From Synechococcales cyanobacterium VAR_4_metabat_354 (GTDB taxonomy: Bacteria; Cyanobacteriota; Cyanobacteriia; Cyanobacteriales; Chamaesiphonaceae), in the NCBI GenBank assembly GCA_031414775.1, contig JANOQI010000041.1, positions 96,001-160,000 of the forward strand: a stretch of DNA of 64,000 nt. The letters run 5' to 3'. How positions within the stretch are numbered: position 1 is the first letter of the stretch; every line of letters begins with the position of its first letter. The translations under genes and the position numbers were made by a program. The notes beneath the pieces are model-generated. The model made no database searches. It saw only the letters and a list, made by a program, of their open reading frames with translations, and was not told the DNA's origin. Positions 51,036 to 61,253 of the stretch are shown piece after piece.

Positions 51036-51878
51036 ATGAATGCACAAACGACAGACTCTAGACCTGAATTGATCATTGAAGCAGGACGAAGTGAAAAGCA
51101 GTATTGGAAAGATATCTGGCGATATCGTGACTTATTTTACTTTTTGGCATGGCGCGACATCCTAGTACGTTATAGGCAGACAGCGATTGGTATTGCCTGG
51201 GCATTGATTCGCCCATTTTTGACGATGGTGGTATTCACCATCGTATTTGGAAATTTAGCTAAGTTGCCATCAGAAGGTGTACCTTACCCGATTTTAGTTT
51301 TTTCTGCAATGTTGCCTTGGCAGTTCTTTTCTAATTCTTTATCTGAATGTAGTAATAGTCTGATTACTAACTCTAATTTGATCTCCAAGGTCTATTTTCC
51401 GAGATTGATAGTACCAATTAGTTCTGTGGTCGTGAGTTTTGTGGATTTCATGATTTCTGGGATAATTTTGTTGGGATTGATGGCTTGGTATAACTATGTT
51501 CCTAGTTGGCGAATTCTGATGTTACCAGTGTTTATAGCGATAGCATTTGCGGCTTCGGTTGGGTCTGGCTTGTGGCTAGCATCATTCAATGTTAAATATC
51601 GAGATTTCCGCTATATTGTGCCTTTTGTCGTTCAATTTGGGCTGTATATTTCTCCGGTAGGATTTAGTAGTAGTATCGTTCCCGAAAAGTGGCGATTTCT
51701 TTATTCTTTGAATCCGATGGTGGGAGTGATTGATGGATTTCGTTGGTCTATTTTAGGGGGAGAGTCAAAGCTATATTGGCCGGGTTTTTTGCTATCTTTA
51801 GGGCTAGTATTCCTTTTACTGATTACAGGAATTGCCTACTTCCGCAAAATGGAGCGGACATTCGCTGATGTGATTTAG
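51036..51878 (+). CDS. wzm: ABC-2 polysaccharide export permease (Wzm/RfbA)
   Basis: RYRQTAIGIAW, LISKVYFPR, LNPM, ERTFADVI. Confidence 0.93.
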   Translation: MNAQTTDSRPELIIEAGRSEKQYWKDIWRYRDLFYFLAWRDILVRYRQTAIGIAWALIRPFLTMVVFTIVFGNLAKLPSEGVPYPILVFSAMLPWQFFSNSLSECSNSLITNSNLISKVYFPRLIVPISSVVVSFVDFMISGIILLGLMAWYNYVPSWRILMLPVFIAIAFAASVGSGLWLASFNVKYRDFRYIVPFVVQFGLYISPVGFSSSIVPEKWRFLYSLNPMVGVIDGFRWSILGGESKLYWPGFLLSLGLVFLLLITGIAYFRKMERTFADVI

Positions 51879-51921
51879 GTCTGGAAATTGAGGGTTTTAT
51901 GGAGTGATGGAATAAGAATTT

Positions 51922-53214
51922 ATGTCTGATATAGTAATCAAGGCCGAAAATTTAAGTAAAAAGTATATTATTGGGCATCAGCGTGAGGAACGCTACACGA
52001 CATTACGGGATTCGATCGTCAATGGTGCTAAGGGTTTATTGAAGCCGTTTCAACGTGGTCAATCTCAAGTTGTAGATCCAACTTCTGAAGAATTTTGGGC
52101 ACTGAAGGATGTGTCGTTTGAGATTAAGCAGGGCGATCGGGTTGGGATTATTGGGCGGAATGGGGCAGGGAAATCGACGCTACTGAAGATTTTGAGCCGT
52201 ATTACGGAACCGACAGAAGGGCGAATTAAGATTAAAGGGCGTGTGGCGAGTTTGTTAGAGGTGGGGACAGGGTTTCATCCAGAGCTGACGGGAAGAGAGA
52301 ATATTTTCCTAAATGGGGCTATTTTGGGGATGGGGCGGGAGGAGATTAAGAAAAAGTTTGATGAGATTGTAGCGTTTGCGGAAGTGGAAAAGTTCCTGGA
52401 TACGCCAGTGAAGCGATATAGCAGTGGAATGTATGTCCGCTTGGCGTTTGCGGTGGCGGCACATTTGGAGTCTGAAATTTTGATTGTGGATGAGGTGTTG
52501 GCGGTAGGCGATATGAGTTTTCAGGAAAAGTGTCTAGGAAAGATGCAAAATATCAGTTCTAGTGGCAGAACAGTTTTGTTTGTTAGTCACAACATGGATA
52601 GTATTCGGCGATTATGTTCGTCGGGGATCTATCTCCAGTCTGGATTTGTTAAAGATTTAGGGAGAATTGAAGAGATCACCAACACATACCTAACGCAATT
52701 TAGTACTGGAATAAAAGGAAATATAATTCCTTTTCCTGAGATGTCTAATTCGGGTTACTTTATAGAAAAAATTGAGATTTTAGACATTGATGCATCCCCT
52801 AAGCAACATATTAGTACTTGGGATGCTGTTAGATTTAGAATTTCATTTTATTGTCATATAGCTATCAATTCCGGCTCAGTAGTATTACAGGTTTCTACTT
52901 TATCAGGAACTGTTTTGATGCTCTGCTCTACTCAGCCAGATTCGAATTTCAAGACTGAGTTTAAGGAAGGGATGAATTTTGTTGATTGCATCTTCCCTAA
53001 ATTCTGTCTTTCAGCGGGAAGATACCTAATTGGTGCTGGGTTAGCTATTCCGAATGTTGAGTGGTTATACCAACAGTTAGATTGTGGAATTCTTGAAGTC
53101 TTTTCTAAAGATATATATCATTCTGGACTTGCTCCTGCTAGTTCTCGATATGTATTACCACTAGAGCATCAATGGGAGTCTTCACAGGTTATTAAGACTG
53201 CTACCAGTAAATAA
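51922..53214 (+). CDS. wzt: ABC polysaccharide export ATPase with C-terminal carbohydrate-binding domain (Wzt)
   Basis: GRNGAGKST, YSSGMYVRLAF, IVDEVLAVGD, VSH; Wzt_C-like tail. Confidence 0.93.
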   Translation: MSDIVIKAENLSKKYIIGHQREERYTTLRDSIVNGAKGLLKPFQRGQSQVVDPTSEEFWALKDVSFEIKQGDRVGIIGRNGAGKSTLLKILSRITEPTEGRIKIKGRVASLLEVGTGFHPELTGRENIFLNGAILGMGREEIKKKFDEIVAFAEVEKFLDTPVKRYSSGMYVRLAFAVAAHLESEILIVDEVLAVGDMSFQEKCLGKMQNISSSGRTVLFVSHNMDSIRRLCSSGIYLQSGFVKDLGRIEEITNTYLTQFSTGIKGNIIPFPEMSNSGYFIEKIEILDIDASPKQHISTWDAVRFRISFYCHIAINSGSVVLQVSTLSGTVLMLCSTQPDSNFKTEFKEGMNFVDCIFPKFCLSAGRYLIGAGLAIPNVEWLYQQLDCGILEVFSKDIYHSGLAPASSRYVLPLEHQWESSQVIKTATSK

Positions 53215-53316
53215 AAGATTACTATTATTCAATCTTAGCTAATCTTTAAATAAGTAATTGAAATACAAATGTTTCAAAGTTACACGTTGTCAATCTCAAA
53301 AAAATTAGTATTAATT

Positions 53317-53994
53317 ATGAATGCCACAATCAAGCTTTTTTTTGGTATATTAAAAAATTGTTATGGAGGTAAATCACATCAACTATATTTTGAATTTAAA
53401 ATTATTCTTGCTAAGATATTAAGACAACTTTCTCGTCCACCTTTCCCAAGCTCTGACGCTGGAAATACTAATCTTCATTTAGGTTGCGGCTCAATTAATC
53501 ATCCAGAGTTTATTAACATTGATGGGGCACCTTTTTCTCATGTTCATTATGTTAGAGCAATTGATGACCTGTCACCATTTAAAGATGAAACAATTAATTT
53601 AATTTATGCATCTCACTGCTTGGAGCATTTTTCTTACTTGGAGGTTCCCAATATTCTTTTAGACTGGTTTAGAAAATTGAAGCCGGGAGGAATTTTAAGA
53701 CTTTCTGTTCCTGACTTTGAGCAAATAGTTTGTATTTACTTAGAAAACGACAGAAATATTGATACAATAATCGGCCCACTTATGGGTGGACAGGGTAATA
53801 AGTTTGACTTTCACCAAATTGTTTTTAATTCCAGAAAACTTAAGGAATTGCTTATTGATGCTGGGTTCAAGGATGTTAGGGAGTGGTGTCCACATTCCAG
53901 TAAACCAGGTGATCTTGATGATTGGTCGGTTCGTCAAATTCCTGTTAGTGGTAAACACTACTCCATAAGCCTTAATCTAGAAGCAATTAAATAA
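53317..53994 (+). CDS. Class I SAM-dependent methyltransferase
   Basis: LHLGCG, YASHCLEHF, LKPGGILRLSVPD; start could alternatively be 53269. Confidence 0.85.
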   Translation: MNATIKLFFGILKNCYGGKSHQLYFEFKIILAKILRQLSRPPFPSSDAGNTNLHLGCGSINHPEFINIDGAPFSHVHYVRAIDDLSPFKDETINLIYASHCLEHFSYLEVPNILLDWFRKLKPGGILRLSVPDFEQIVCIYLENDRNIDTIIGPLMGGQGNKFDFHQIVFNSRKLKELLIDAGFKDVREWCPHSSKPGDLDDWSVRQIPVSGKHYSISLNLEAIK

Positions 53995-55035
53995 ATGATG
54001 CGTCCCACTCTTAGTGAATTACCTCCATCCCCAGAAGGTAGAATAGGTTGGCCTTGGACTGAAGAAAGTTTACCCTTACCTAGTGTGATGTCAAATGGCT
54101 CTAAATGGCCACGCATAAGCATTGTTACACCTAGTTATAATCAAGGACAGTTTATTGAAGAAACGATTAGATCGGTTTTACTACAGGGTTATCCAAATCT
54201 AGAGTACATAATATTGGATGGAGGTAGCACTGACAACTCTCTTGATATTATTCAAAAATACAGTAATTTTTTCACTTTTTGGGTCAGTGAAAAAGATGAA
54301 GGACAAGCTGATGCTATCAACAAAGGATTTGAAAAAATTACAGGTGAAATTACTTCATTTATTAACTCAGATGATGTTTATTTACCAAATGCATTGAAAT
54401 TTGCGGCTCACTTCTTTCTTGAGCATCATGAATGTGATTTTGTTTGCGCCCAAACTATGTTTATTGATGTTAATTCCAAACATATTAAAGGCTTTGAAGA
54501 ACTCTTTATGGTTGAAATAAATAACAAAACAATGACAGAAGGATGTCATATTGCCCAGCCATCAACTTTTTTTAGAGCGGCTGTTTTGCAGCACATAGGT
54601 TTTTTTAGTAAAGATTTACACTATTCTTTTGACTATGAATATTGGTTGAGAGCCTTTCTTCGTGGATTTAAATTTGGGTCAAGTAAAGAAATTATTTCTT
54701 TATTTAGACTTCATAAGTCCAGCAAAACGGTTAGTGATTATAGTCAAGGAAAATTTGCTTTAGACTTTATCAAAATTTATCGTTGTGCGTTATCAAATAG
54801 ACAACTTAGCTTACTAAATAGGAAGGGATTGTATCGAGGATTGGGAAGAGCAGGTTGTTTACTATTTATCAATCTCGAATCTAGTAGTACCACTCATGCT
54901 GCTCGTCTTTCTTTTTGGAGAATTATATTGCAAAATCCTGAGATTTTAGTTTTCTCATTCACATGGAAAACTCTTATTTTATCTATAGCCCCTGTTTGTT
55001 TTAGAGTATTATGGAGAAAACTTCGTGATAAATAA
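53995..55035 (+). CDS. GT2 glycosyltransferase
   Basis: ISIVTPSYNQ, DGGSTD, NSDD, QPS. Confidence 0.93.
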   Translation: MMRPTLSELPPSPEGRIGWPWTEESLPLPSVMSNGSKWPRISIVTPSYNQGQFIEETIRSVLLQGYPNLEYIILDGGSTDNSLDIIQKYSNFFTFWVSEKDEGQADAINKGFEKITGEITSFINSDDVYLPNALKFAAHFFLEHHECDFVCAQTMFIDVNSKHIKGFEELFMVEINNKTMTEGCHIAQPSTFFRAAVLQHIGFFSKDLHYSFDYEYWLRAFLRGFKFGSSKEIISLFRLHKSSKTVSDYSQGKFALDFIKIYRCALSNRQLSLLNRKGLYRGLGRAGCLLFINLESSSTTHAARLSFWRIILQNPEILVFSFTWKTLILSIAPVCFRVLWRKLRDK

Positions 55036-55062
55036 AATGTGACTTAATTTTAGTCCTGAATT

Positions 55063-55572
55063 ATGATTTATCTATTTAAAGTATTTGATCGACTAGTCTC
55101 TCATTATGAGAAATATAAAATCAATGATTTGAAAAAACGTTTAAGTAGTTGTGGGAAGAACGTTTACATCAGTTCTAAAGTTTTTATATGGTCAGAAAAT
55201 AAATTAGAAATAGGAGATGGTGTCTGTATTCATGCTTTTACTCATATTTTTGCAGGAGGTGGATTGGAAATCGGCAACGAAACAATGATTTCTAGTAACT
55301 GTTCAATAACAACTGTAACCCACCCTGTGAATCCTTTAGATAGGCTTCGGAGTATTTACAAGCCAATAGTTATTGGTAAGAACGTTTGGATTGGAACTGG
55401 TGCTGTTATCCTCCCTGGTGTCACAATCGGAGATTATTCAATTGTAGGGGCAGGTTCAGTAGTAACTAAAAGTATTCCGTCAATGCAAGTATTTGTTGGT
55501 AATCCGGCTAAGTTTTTAAAAAATGTTCAGATTGAAGATTTGGGAGTTGTAAATCATGATCATGCTTACTGA
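55063..55572 (+). CDS. Hexapeptide-repeat O-acetyltransferase
   Basis: IGKNVWIGTGAVILPGVTIG..GAGSVVTK..GNPA. Confidence 0.92.
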   Translation: MIYLFKVFDRLVSHYEKYKINDLKKRLSSCGKNVYISSKVFIWSENKLEIGDGVCIHAFTHIFAGGGLEIGNETMISSNCSITTVTHPVNPLDRLRSIYKPIVIGKNVWIGTGAVILPGVTIGDYSIVGAGSVVTKSIPSMQVFVGNPAKFLKNVQIEDLGVVNHDHAY

Positions 55573-56719
55573 AAAGACCCCTAAAATCTTTTTAGCCTGT
55601 TCCGGTCTAGGTAATATTCAGCGAGGCTATGAGTCTTTTACTCAAGAATGCTTTGATGCCTTATCTCAATCTCCAGAGTTGGAAATCACTCTTTTTAAAG
55701 GAGGAGGAGGATCTGATGAGTGTCAAATTAACTTGTGGAATTTACCTCGTAATCATCTATTCACCAAACAATTGACAACTGTATTTGGAAAACATCCTAA
55801 GTTTAGTGATCCCTATTTCATAGAGCAAGCTTCCTTTTGTCTAAGCCTGATTCCATATCTAGCTCAGCAGAAACCCGATGTCATTTTCTTTAGCGATTTT
55901 GCCTTGGGAACTATGCTCTGGAACTGGCGAAGAATTAGTAAGCTTTCCTATAAACTACTCTTTTCTAATGGTGCTCCTAATGGTCCTCCTTTTAGTCGGA
56001 TGGATTGTGTGCAGCATCTTACCCCTATTCATTATCAGGCAGCGATAGATGCTGGAGAGTCTACTGATCGACATAGTTTGGTTCCTTACGGTATTAAGCT
56101 CGAAAGGGAATATTTCCATCTCACGCAATTGGAACAGGAAGCTTTGCGATTGAGACTGAAGCTACCGATCAATCGTCCCCTGCTGCTCTCGGTGGCGGCA
56201 ATTAACAAGACCCATAAGCGTATGGACTATTTGATTCAAGAAGTTGCTCGTCTACCTGAACCTCGTCCTTACCTTCTACTATTGGGTCAGATAGACCAAG
56301 AATCCTCAGAGGTGCTTCAGCTGGGAGATCGACTGTTGGGTTCAGATAACTTCCAAGTGAAGACAGTTGCTTATGACGAAATAAGTAACTACTATCGAGT
56401 GGCTAATCTATTTGTGCTTGCTTCTCTACATGAAGGCTTTGGTAGAGTATTGCTAGAGGCTATGGGGCATGGTCTACCTTGTCTTGTCCATGATTATGAC
56501 GTGACACGATTTGTCTTGAAAGAGCAAGGGTATTTTGCGGATTTTACTACTTTTGGTGGTTTGAGCGCTCTAATTAAAGAGGTTCTAGCCCAGAGCAATA
56601 ATGAGGCAAAATACCAACGACATAAATTTATTTATGAACATTTTAGTTGGGATTGTCTGCGTTCTGATTATGTGAAAATGCTTTACTTATGCACGAAAGA
56701 AAATGGGGGTATTTTATAA
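55556..56719 (+). CDS. GT4 glycosyltransferase
   Basis: RGYES, HKR, EGFGRVLLEAM. Confidence 0.9.
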   Translation: MIMLTEKTPKIFLACSGLGNIQRGYESFTQECFDALSQSPELEITLFKGGGGSDECQINLWNLPRNHLFTKQLTTVFGKHPKFSDPYFIEQASFCLSLIPYLAQQKPDVIFFSDFALGTMLWNWRRISKLSYKLLFSNGAPNGPPFSRMDCVQHLTPIHYQAAIDAGESTDRHSLVPYGIKLEREYFHLTQLEQEALRLRLKLPINRPLLLSVAAINKTHKRMDYLIQEVARLPEPRPYLLLLGQIDQESSEVLQLGDRLLGSDNFQVKTVAYDEISNYYRVANLFVLASLHEGFGRVLLEAMGHGLPCLVHDYDVTRFVLKEQGYFADFTTFGGLSALIKEVLAQSNNEAKYQRHKFIYEHFSWDCLRSDYVKMLYLCTKENGGIL

Positions 56720-56827
56720 AATTCTTAAAATAACTAGCAGATATTAAAAAATAAAAGAATTCATATTTTCTCCATTAGTAAAACAACAAAGATCTACAAA
56801 AAACTTACTTACAAGCTTATAAAATCA

Positions 56828-57679
56828 ATGAATTACTCACCTAAATTTTCGGTAATTATTCCTACCTATCATCGCAACGATCTGTTGGAAAAATGTCTCG
56901 ACTGCCTGGCACCTAAAATTCAGACTTTAGCTGCAAGCCAATATGAAATAATTGTTACTGATGATGGTCGGGAAACAACAGCTGAACAGATGATTCGCGA
57001 TCGATATCCTTGGGTGAAGTGGGTGGCAGGCTTAAGTAAAGGCCCTGCTGCTAATCGGAATAATGGAGTGAAGTATGCTCAGGGTGAATGGTTGGTATTT
57101 ACCGATGATGACTGCTTGCCAGATGCTCAATGGCTAACAGCATATGCTGAAGCGATTATAGATAATAGTAATAACTATTCTGTGTTTGAAGGAAGAGTCT
57201 ATGTCGATCGTCCCAGAAAAACTTTAGCTGAAAAGTCTCCTACTAACGATACTGGAGGATATCTTTGGTCATGTAATTTTGCTATCGATAGCCAGATATT
57301 TCGATCACTCGGTGGTTTTGATGAGCGCTTTCCTTATGCTGCAATGGAAGATGTCGATTTCAAATTTCGGTTAGCCAAAGCAGGAATTTTATTTTTCTTC
57401 ATTCATCCTGCTTCTGTCTGCCACCCCTGGCGGCCTAGTGGTGGTTGGCTGGAACTCAAAAAGCATCAGCAATCTACACTAGTTTACTTATCCTTACATC
57501 CGGAAGAAGCAACACGAATTAATTCGCTCTACTATCTAAAACTTGCCTTACAAAGTCTAATTAAAACTACACTTCCTCAAGGCTTGAATTTGAAAGGGCG
57601 GGGAATTGGAACCCCATTACTAGAATTAGTATCATTTTTACAAATGGTTTTCATTCTTTCTCGAAATCCTCAACAATAA
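56828..57679 (+). CDS. GT2 glycosyltransferase
   Basis: SVIIPTY, TDDG, GPAANRN, FTDDD, GGFDE, EDVD. Confidence 0.92.
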   Translation: MNYSPKFSVIIPTYHRNDLLEKCLDCLAPKIQTLAASQYEIIVTDDGRETTAEQMIRDRYPWVKWVAGLSKGPAANRNNGVKYAQGEWLVFTDDDCLPDAQWLTAYAEAIIDNSNNYSVFEGRVYVDRPRKTLAEKSPTNDTGGYLWSCNFAIDSQIFRSLGGFDERFPYAAMEDVDFKFRLAKAGILFFFIHPASVCHPWRPSGGWLELKKHQQSTLVYLSLHPEEATRINSLYYLKLALQSLIKTTLPQGLNLKGRGIGTPLLELVSFLQMVFILSRNPQQ

Positions 57680-57712
57680 GTCGCCGGTATTCCATGAATT
57701 GTTATAAATTTA

Positions 57713-58519
57713 TTAATCATAAGGTTTCCAAATAATGGCAAGCGAGTGACTATTGAGCCATGGAAATAATTTACCATTTTTAGTTGAAGTCAATGACTCT
57801 AACCCATCAATTAAACTTTTAGGTATTGAAGGCAAAAGGTGACCAGTTTTCATATGACCTGCGGTCAACGGATTTGCAAAAAGATGTAACTCTTTCAGTA
57901 CAAGACCTGCTGATTTAACTAATACCTCAATTTCATCTCTATGCAGTAAGAAAATATGCCCATCTGCATCTGGTTTAAACTGAATACTTTCAAATATTGA
58001 GGGGTCAGAACAATCGGAAAATCTAGGCAGATCATTTCTAATATATTCACCATTAGGGGTAGTCATAATGATGTAGCCACCAGGCTTAATTAAACTTGCA
58101 ATACTGCACAAAAAGTCATCCGGGTGAGCAACATGCTCGATAACTTCAGTAATGATTGCGGCATCAAAAGTTGCTGGTGAATCTAACTCAAAACAGTTGC
58201 CAACGACGTATTTTATGTCACCAGTTTCATATTTAAGTTTCACATAGTCAGCTAATTCACCGCGTAAATCACTCCAAGTCACACTGTAACCTAATTCACC
58301 GAGTCGGAGTGAAAAGTTACCTTGTGCTGCGGCAATATCAACTATCTGAGAGCCAGTAGGGACATATCTTTTCAAAGCATCAATAGTCTGATTAAACCTG
58401 CATTGATAGGCCGATGTATAACCAGGATGGCTAGTATCTCCAAAAAATTCTAACAAATCATAGTGATAGCTTAACTTCCAAGATTCTAACCAGTTAGGAT
58501 TGTAAATAGGCTTTTTCAT
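57713..58519 (-). CDS. Class I SAM-dependent methyltransferase
   Basis: VDIAAAQG, EVIEHV, IKPGGYIIMTTPN. Confidence 0.87.
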   Translation of the reverse strand: MKKPIYNPNWLESWKLSYHYDLLEFFGDTSHPGYTSAYQCRFNQTIDALKRYVPTGSQIVDIAAAQGNFSLRLGELGYSVTWSDLRGELADYVKLKYETGDIKYVVGNCFELDSPATFDAAIITEVIEHVAHPDDFLCSIASLIKPGGYIIMTTPNGEYIRNDLPRFSDCSDPSIFESIQFKPDADGHIFLLHRDEIEVLVKSAGLVLKELHLFANPLTAGHMKTGHLLPSIPKSLIDGLESLTSTKNGKLFPWLNSHSLAIIWKPYD

Positions 58520-58722
58520 TGTCTGTCAGCTTTTTGATTTTAAATTTATTCGCCATTGGGAGCTTAAATTTGCTCTCAACTGATTTCGTTTCTATTGTAC
58601 CCTTGCTTTAGCTTATTTTTCTATCCCTACCCTTTTTCTAGGAATAACATCTACTATCGATCGAGAACTGACTTAAAGACGCTAAAATTATATTTACAGA
58701 GAAGCAAGAATGCAGTGAAAAT

Positions 58723-59337
58723 ATGACTAACACTCTCTTCCAAGTCAGAATTACCGACTTCGACCAATTTATTGATTGGTATCCTGAAGAATCCGAACAG
58801 AAATACGAACTCCACGATGGAATGATTGTCACCATGCCGAAGCCCAAAGGAAAACATTCCCAAATAGCAGGCTTCTTGATGAATGAGTTAGGCTTTGAGA
58901 CCAAAAAACTAGGCTTACCATATTTCCTTCCGAAAGAATCCATTGTTAAAATTGATGATTTATCTGGTTATGAACCAGATGTAATCGTCTTGAAAAAAGA
59001 AGCGATTTTAACCGAACCCAGATGGGAAAAAGAATCTACAATCATTTCCGGTGGATCTATTGAACTCATTATTGAGATTGCTAGCACCAACTGGAGCGAT
59101 GACTATGCCCTGAAACTAGATGCCTATGAATCAATGGGCATTCCAGAGTATTGGATCGTTGACTATCTCGGATTAGGTGGTCGAAAATTTATCGGTCATC
59201 CAAAACGACCTACCTTAACAATTTATAATTTGCGAGAATATGAGTACATCGCAACCCAATTTAGAACAAATCAAACCATTCAATCACTAGCTTTCCCCAG
59301 TTTGCAGTTGACCGCTCGACAGATTTTTGAAGGTTGA
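58723..59337 (+). CDS. Uma2-family (DUF820) PD-(D/E)xK protein
   Basis: YELHDG, EPDV, IEIAS, K..YE..GIPEYWIVD. Confidence 0.92.
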   Translation: MTNTLFQVRITDFDQFIDWYPEESEQKYELHDGMIVTMPKPKGKHSQIAGFLMNELGFETKKLGLPYFLPKESIVKIDDLSGYEPDVIVLKKEAILTEPRWEKESTIISGGSIELIIEIASTNWSDDYALKLDAYESMGIPEYWIVDYLGLGGRKFIGHPKRPTLTIYNLREYEYIATQFRTNQTIQSLAFPSLQLTARQIFEG

Positions 59338-59369
59338 GTACTTGACTTGATTTAATCCCTGATAATTGC

Positions 59370-61151
59370 TCAAACATTTTGTGCCCACCAGTGGTCCAGG
59401 ATCATTAAACTCCAAGGACGATACCATTGACTTAAAGAAATTTGGGCAGGCAGATCGAGATGAGAAAAATATTCCTCCTGTTCACTGTCAAACCACCGTT
59501 GAAAAGGAAATGTGAATCCTCGCTTCGGCTGATTAACTACCCACTCCGGCAATTCCGGTAGAGCCTGAGTTAAAAGCCCTTTGCCACGAGCCAGACGGAG
59601 ACTACTGGGAATAGTCGCGATCGACTCCAACAACACTCGATCGACAAAAGGAACCCGTAATTCCAATCCCCAAGCCATACTCATCACATCACTATCCCTC
59701 AATAGTTGGTTACGCATAAACAAACTCAGTTCTAAAGTACTAACTTCATCCTCCAAAGAGGGAGAATTACTGCTCAGCTCAGCTTCTTGAAAGTTACAAT
59801 TATCCTGTTCCAGCAAATATTTACTAGCAATAATCTGGGCTTCTCGATCGGAGAAAATTCCCCGTACAGCATGGTGAGCATTGGTAGTAGTAGGTTCGCG
59901 CTCCAAATAGTCACCAAAACGTTTAAATCGAGGGTTGGAACTCCACTCCGCCAAGCCTCGGCCAACTCTACTGGTAATTGGTCGTAGAGATTTCATTGAT
60001 CTACTCCAGCGCACCAGCTGGGGGATCTGCTGAAAAGATTTATAACCCCCAAATATTTCATCACCACCCAATCCCGATAGCACCACTTTACTACCATCGG
60101 CATTGGCTAACTGCGAAACACAAAAGACATTAAACCCATCAAAAGTGGGCTGATCTAAAGAGGCTAGAAATCTGGGAATAATTGCTTTGGTATCGCTGGC
60201 TGTAACGCAGAACTCAGTGTGTTCAGTGCCATAATATTCGGCTGTACGACGGGCGATCGAGCCTTCATCTAATTCTGATTCGTTAAAGGCAATTGAATAA
60301 GTACGAAGATCGGTAGATTGAGTCGCCCGCGCTAGGGCGACTAAGGCGGTGGAATCAATGCCGCCACTCAAAAAGATCCCAATCGGAACATCGCTGACAA
60401 AATGGTGTTCGATCGAATCAAATAATGCGGCACGAACTTTGTCTTTGGCATCGGTTAAGGATATTTGCTCGTTACCAAAGCGGATTTGCCAGTATTGCTG
60501 CTGTTTAACTTTCCCTGCTTGCCATCTTAACCAATGACCCGCAGGCAAACATTGAATTCCTGCCACAATCGTGTGCGGTTCGGGCACCGAACCAGAAGTT
60601 AGATAACCATACAGTCCGATCGCACTCATCCGAACTGAAACCAACCGGGTGGCTAGAATGGCTTTTAGTTCTGAGGCGAAGACCAGCGTCGAGCCAGAAC
60701 GCCAATAGTACAAAGGTTTGATCCCCAAGGGATCGCGAGCTAGAAAACAGGTCTGTTCCAGATCATCCCAAATCGCGAAGGCAAACATTCCCCGCAATCG
60801 ATCGAGGCATTTAGCTCCTTCTCGTTGATAGAGTTTCAGAATAACTTCAGTATCAGTCTGAGACTGAAATTTTTCTCCTTGGGCGAGTAAGGTTTGTCGC
60901 AGTTCTCTAAAGTTATAAATTTCACCATTGAAAGTGATATGGTAACGGCCATTTGGTGTAGACATCGGTTGATGTCCGGCCGGACTGAGATCGAGAATAG
61001 CCAAGCGGGTATGAGCGAGAGCCGTTGTCTGATCCGGCGAGCTGTGGTAGATTCCGGTACCATCGGGTCCCCGATGGTGCAAAGAAGTTTGCATTGCTCG
61101 AATTTTTTCGATAGCTTGAGAATGATTTAGAATGCCTGCGATACCACACAT
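59370..61151 (-). CDS. asnB: Asparagine synthetase-like glutamine amidotransferase
   Basis: MCGIAG, HRGPD, HTRLAILD, FNGEIYN, LSGGIDS, GLGGDE, LELRVPF. Confidence 0.93.
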   Translation of the reverse strand: MCGIAGILNHSQAIEKIRAMQTSLHHRGPDGTGIYHSSPDQTTALAHTRLAILDLSPAGHQPMSTPNGRYHITFNGEIYNFRELRQTLLAQGEKFQSQTDTEVILKLYQREGAKCLDRLRGMFAFAIWDDLEQTCFLARDPLGIKPLYYWRSGSTLVFASELKAILATRLVSVRMSAIGLYGYLTSGSVPEPHTIVAGIQCLPAGHWLRWQAGKVKQQQYWQIRFGNEQISLTDAKDKVRAALFDSIEHHFVSDVPIGIFLSGGIDSTALVALARATQSTDLRTYSIAFNESELDEGSIARRTAEYYGTEHTEFCVTASDTKAIIPRFLASLDQPTFDGFNVFCVSQLANADGSKVVLSGLGGDEIFGGYKSFQQIPQLVRWSRSMKSLRPITSRVGRGLAEWSSNPRFKRFGDYLEREPTTTNAHHAVRGIFSDREAQIIASKYLLEQDNCNFQEAELSSNSPSLEDEVSTLELSLFMRNQLLRDSDVMSMAWGLELRVPFVDRVLLESIATIPSSLRLARGKGLLTQALPELPEWVVNQPKRGFTFPFQRWFDSEQEEYFSHLDLPAQISLSQWYRPWSLMILDHWWAQNV

Positions 61152-61253
61152 AGTTTTTATTTCCTAATGATTATTTGCAGGCGAAATATTTATGACAACG
61201 ATACAATAGCGGCTATTTCTCTGGCGATTTAGTCATTTATAAAATTAATTCTT

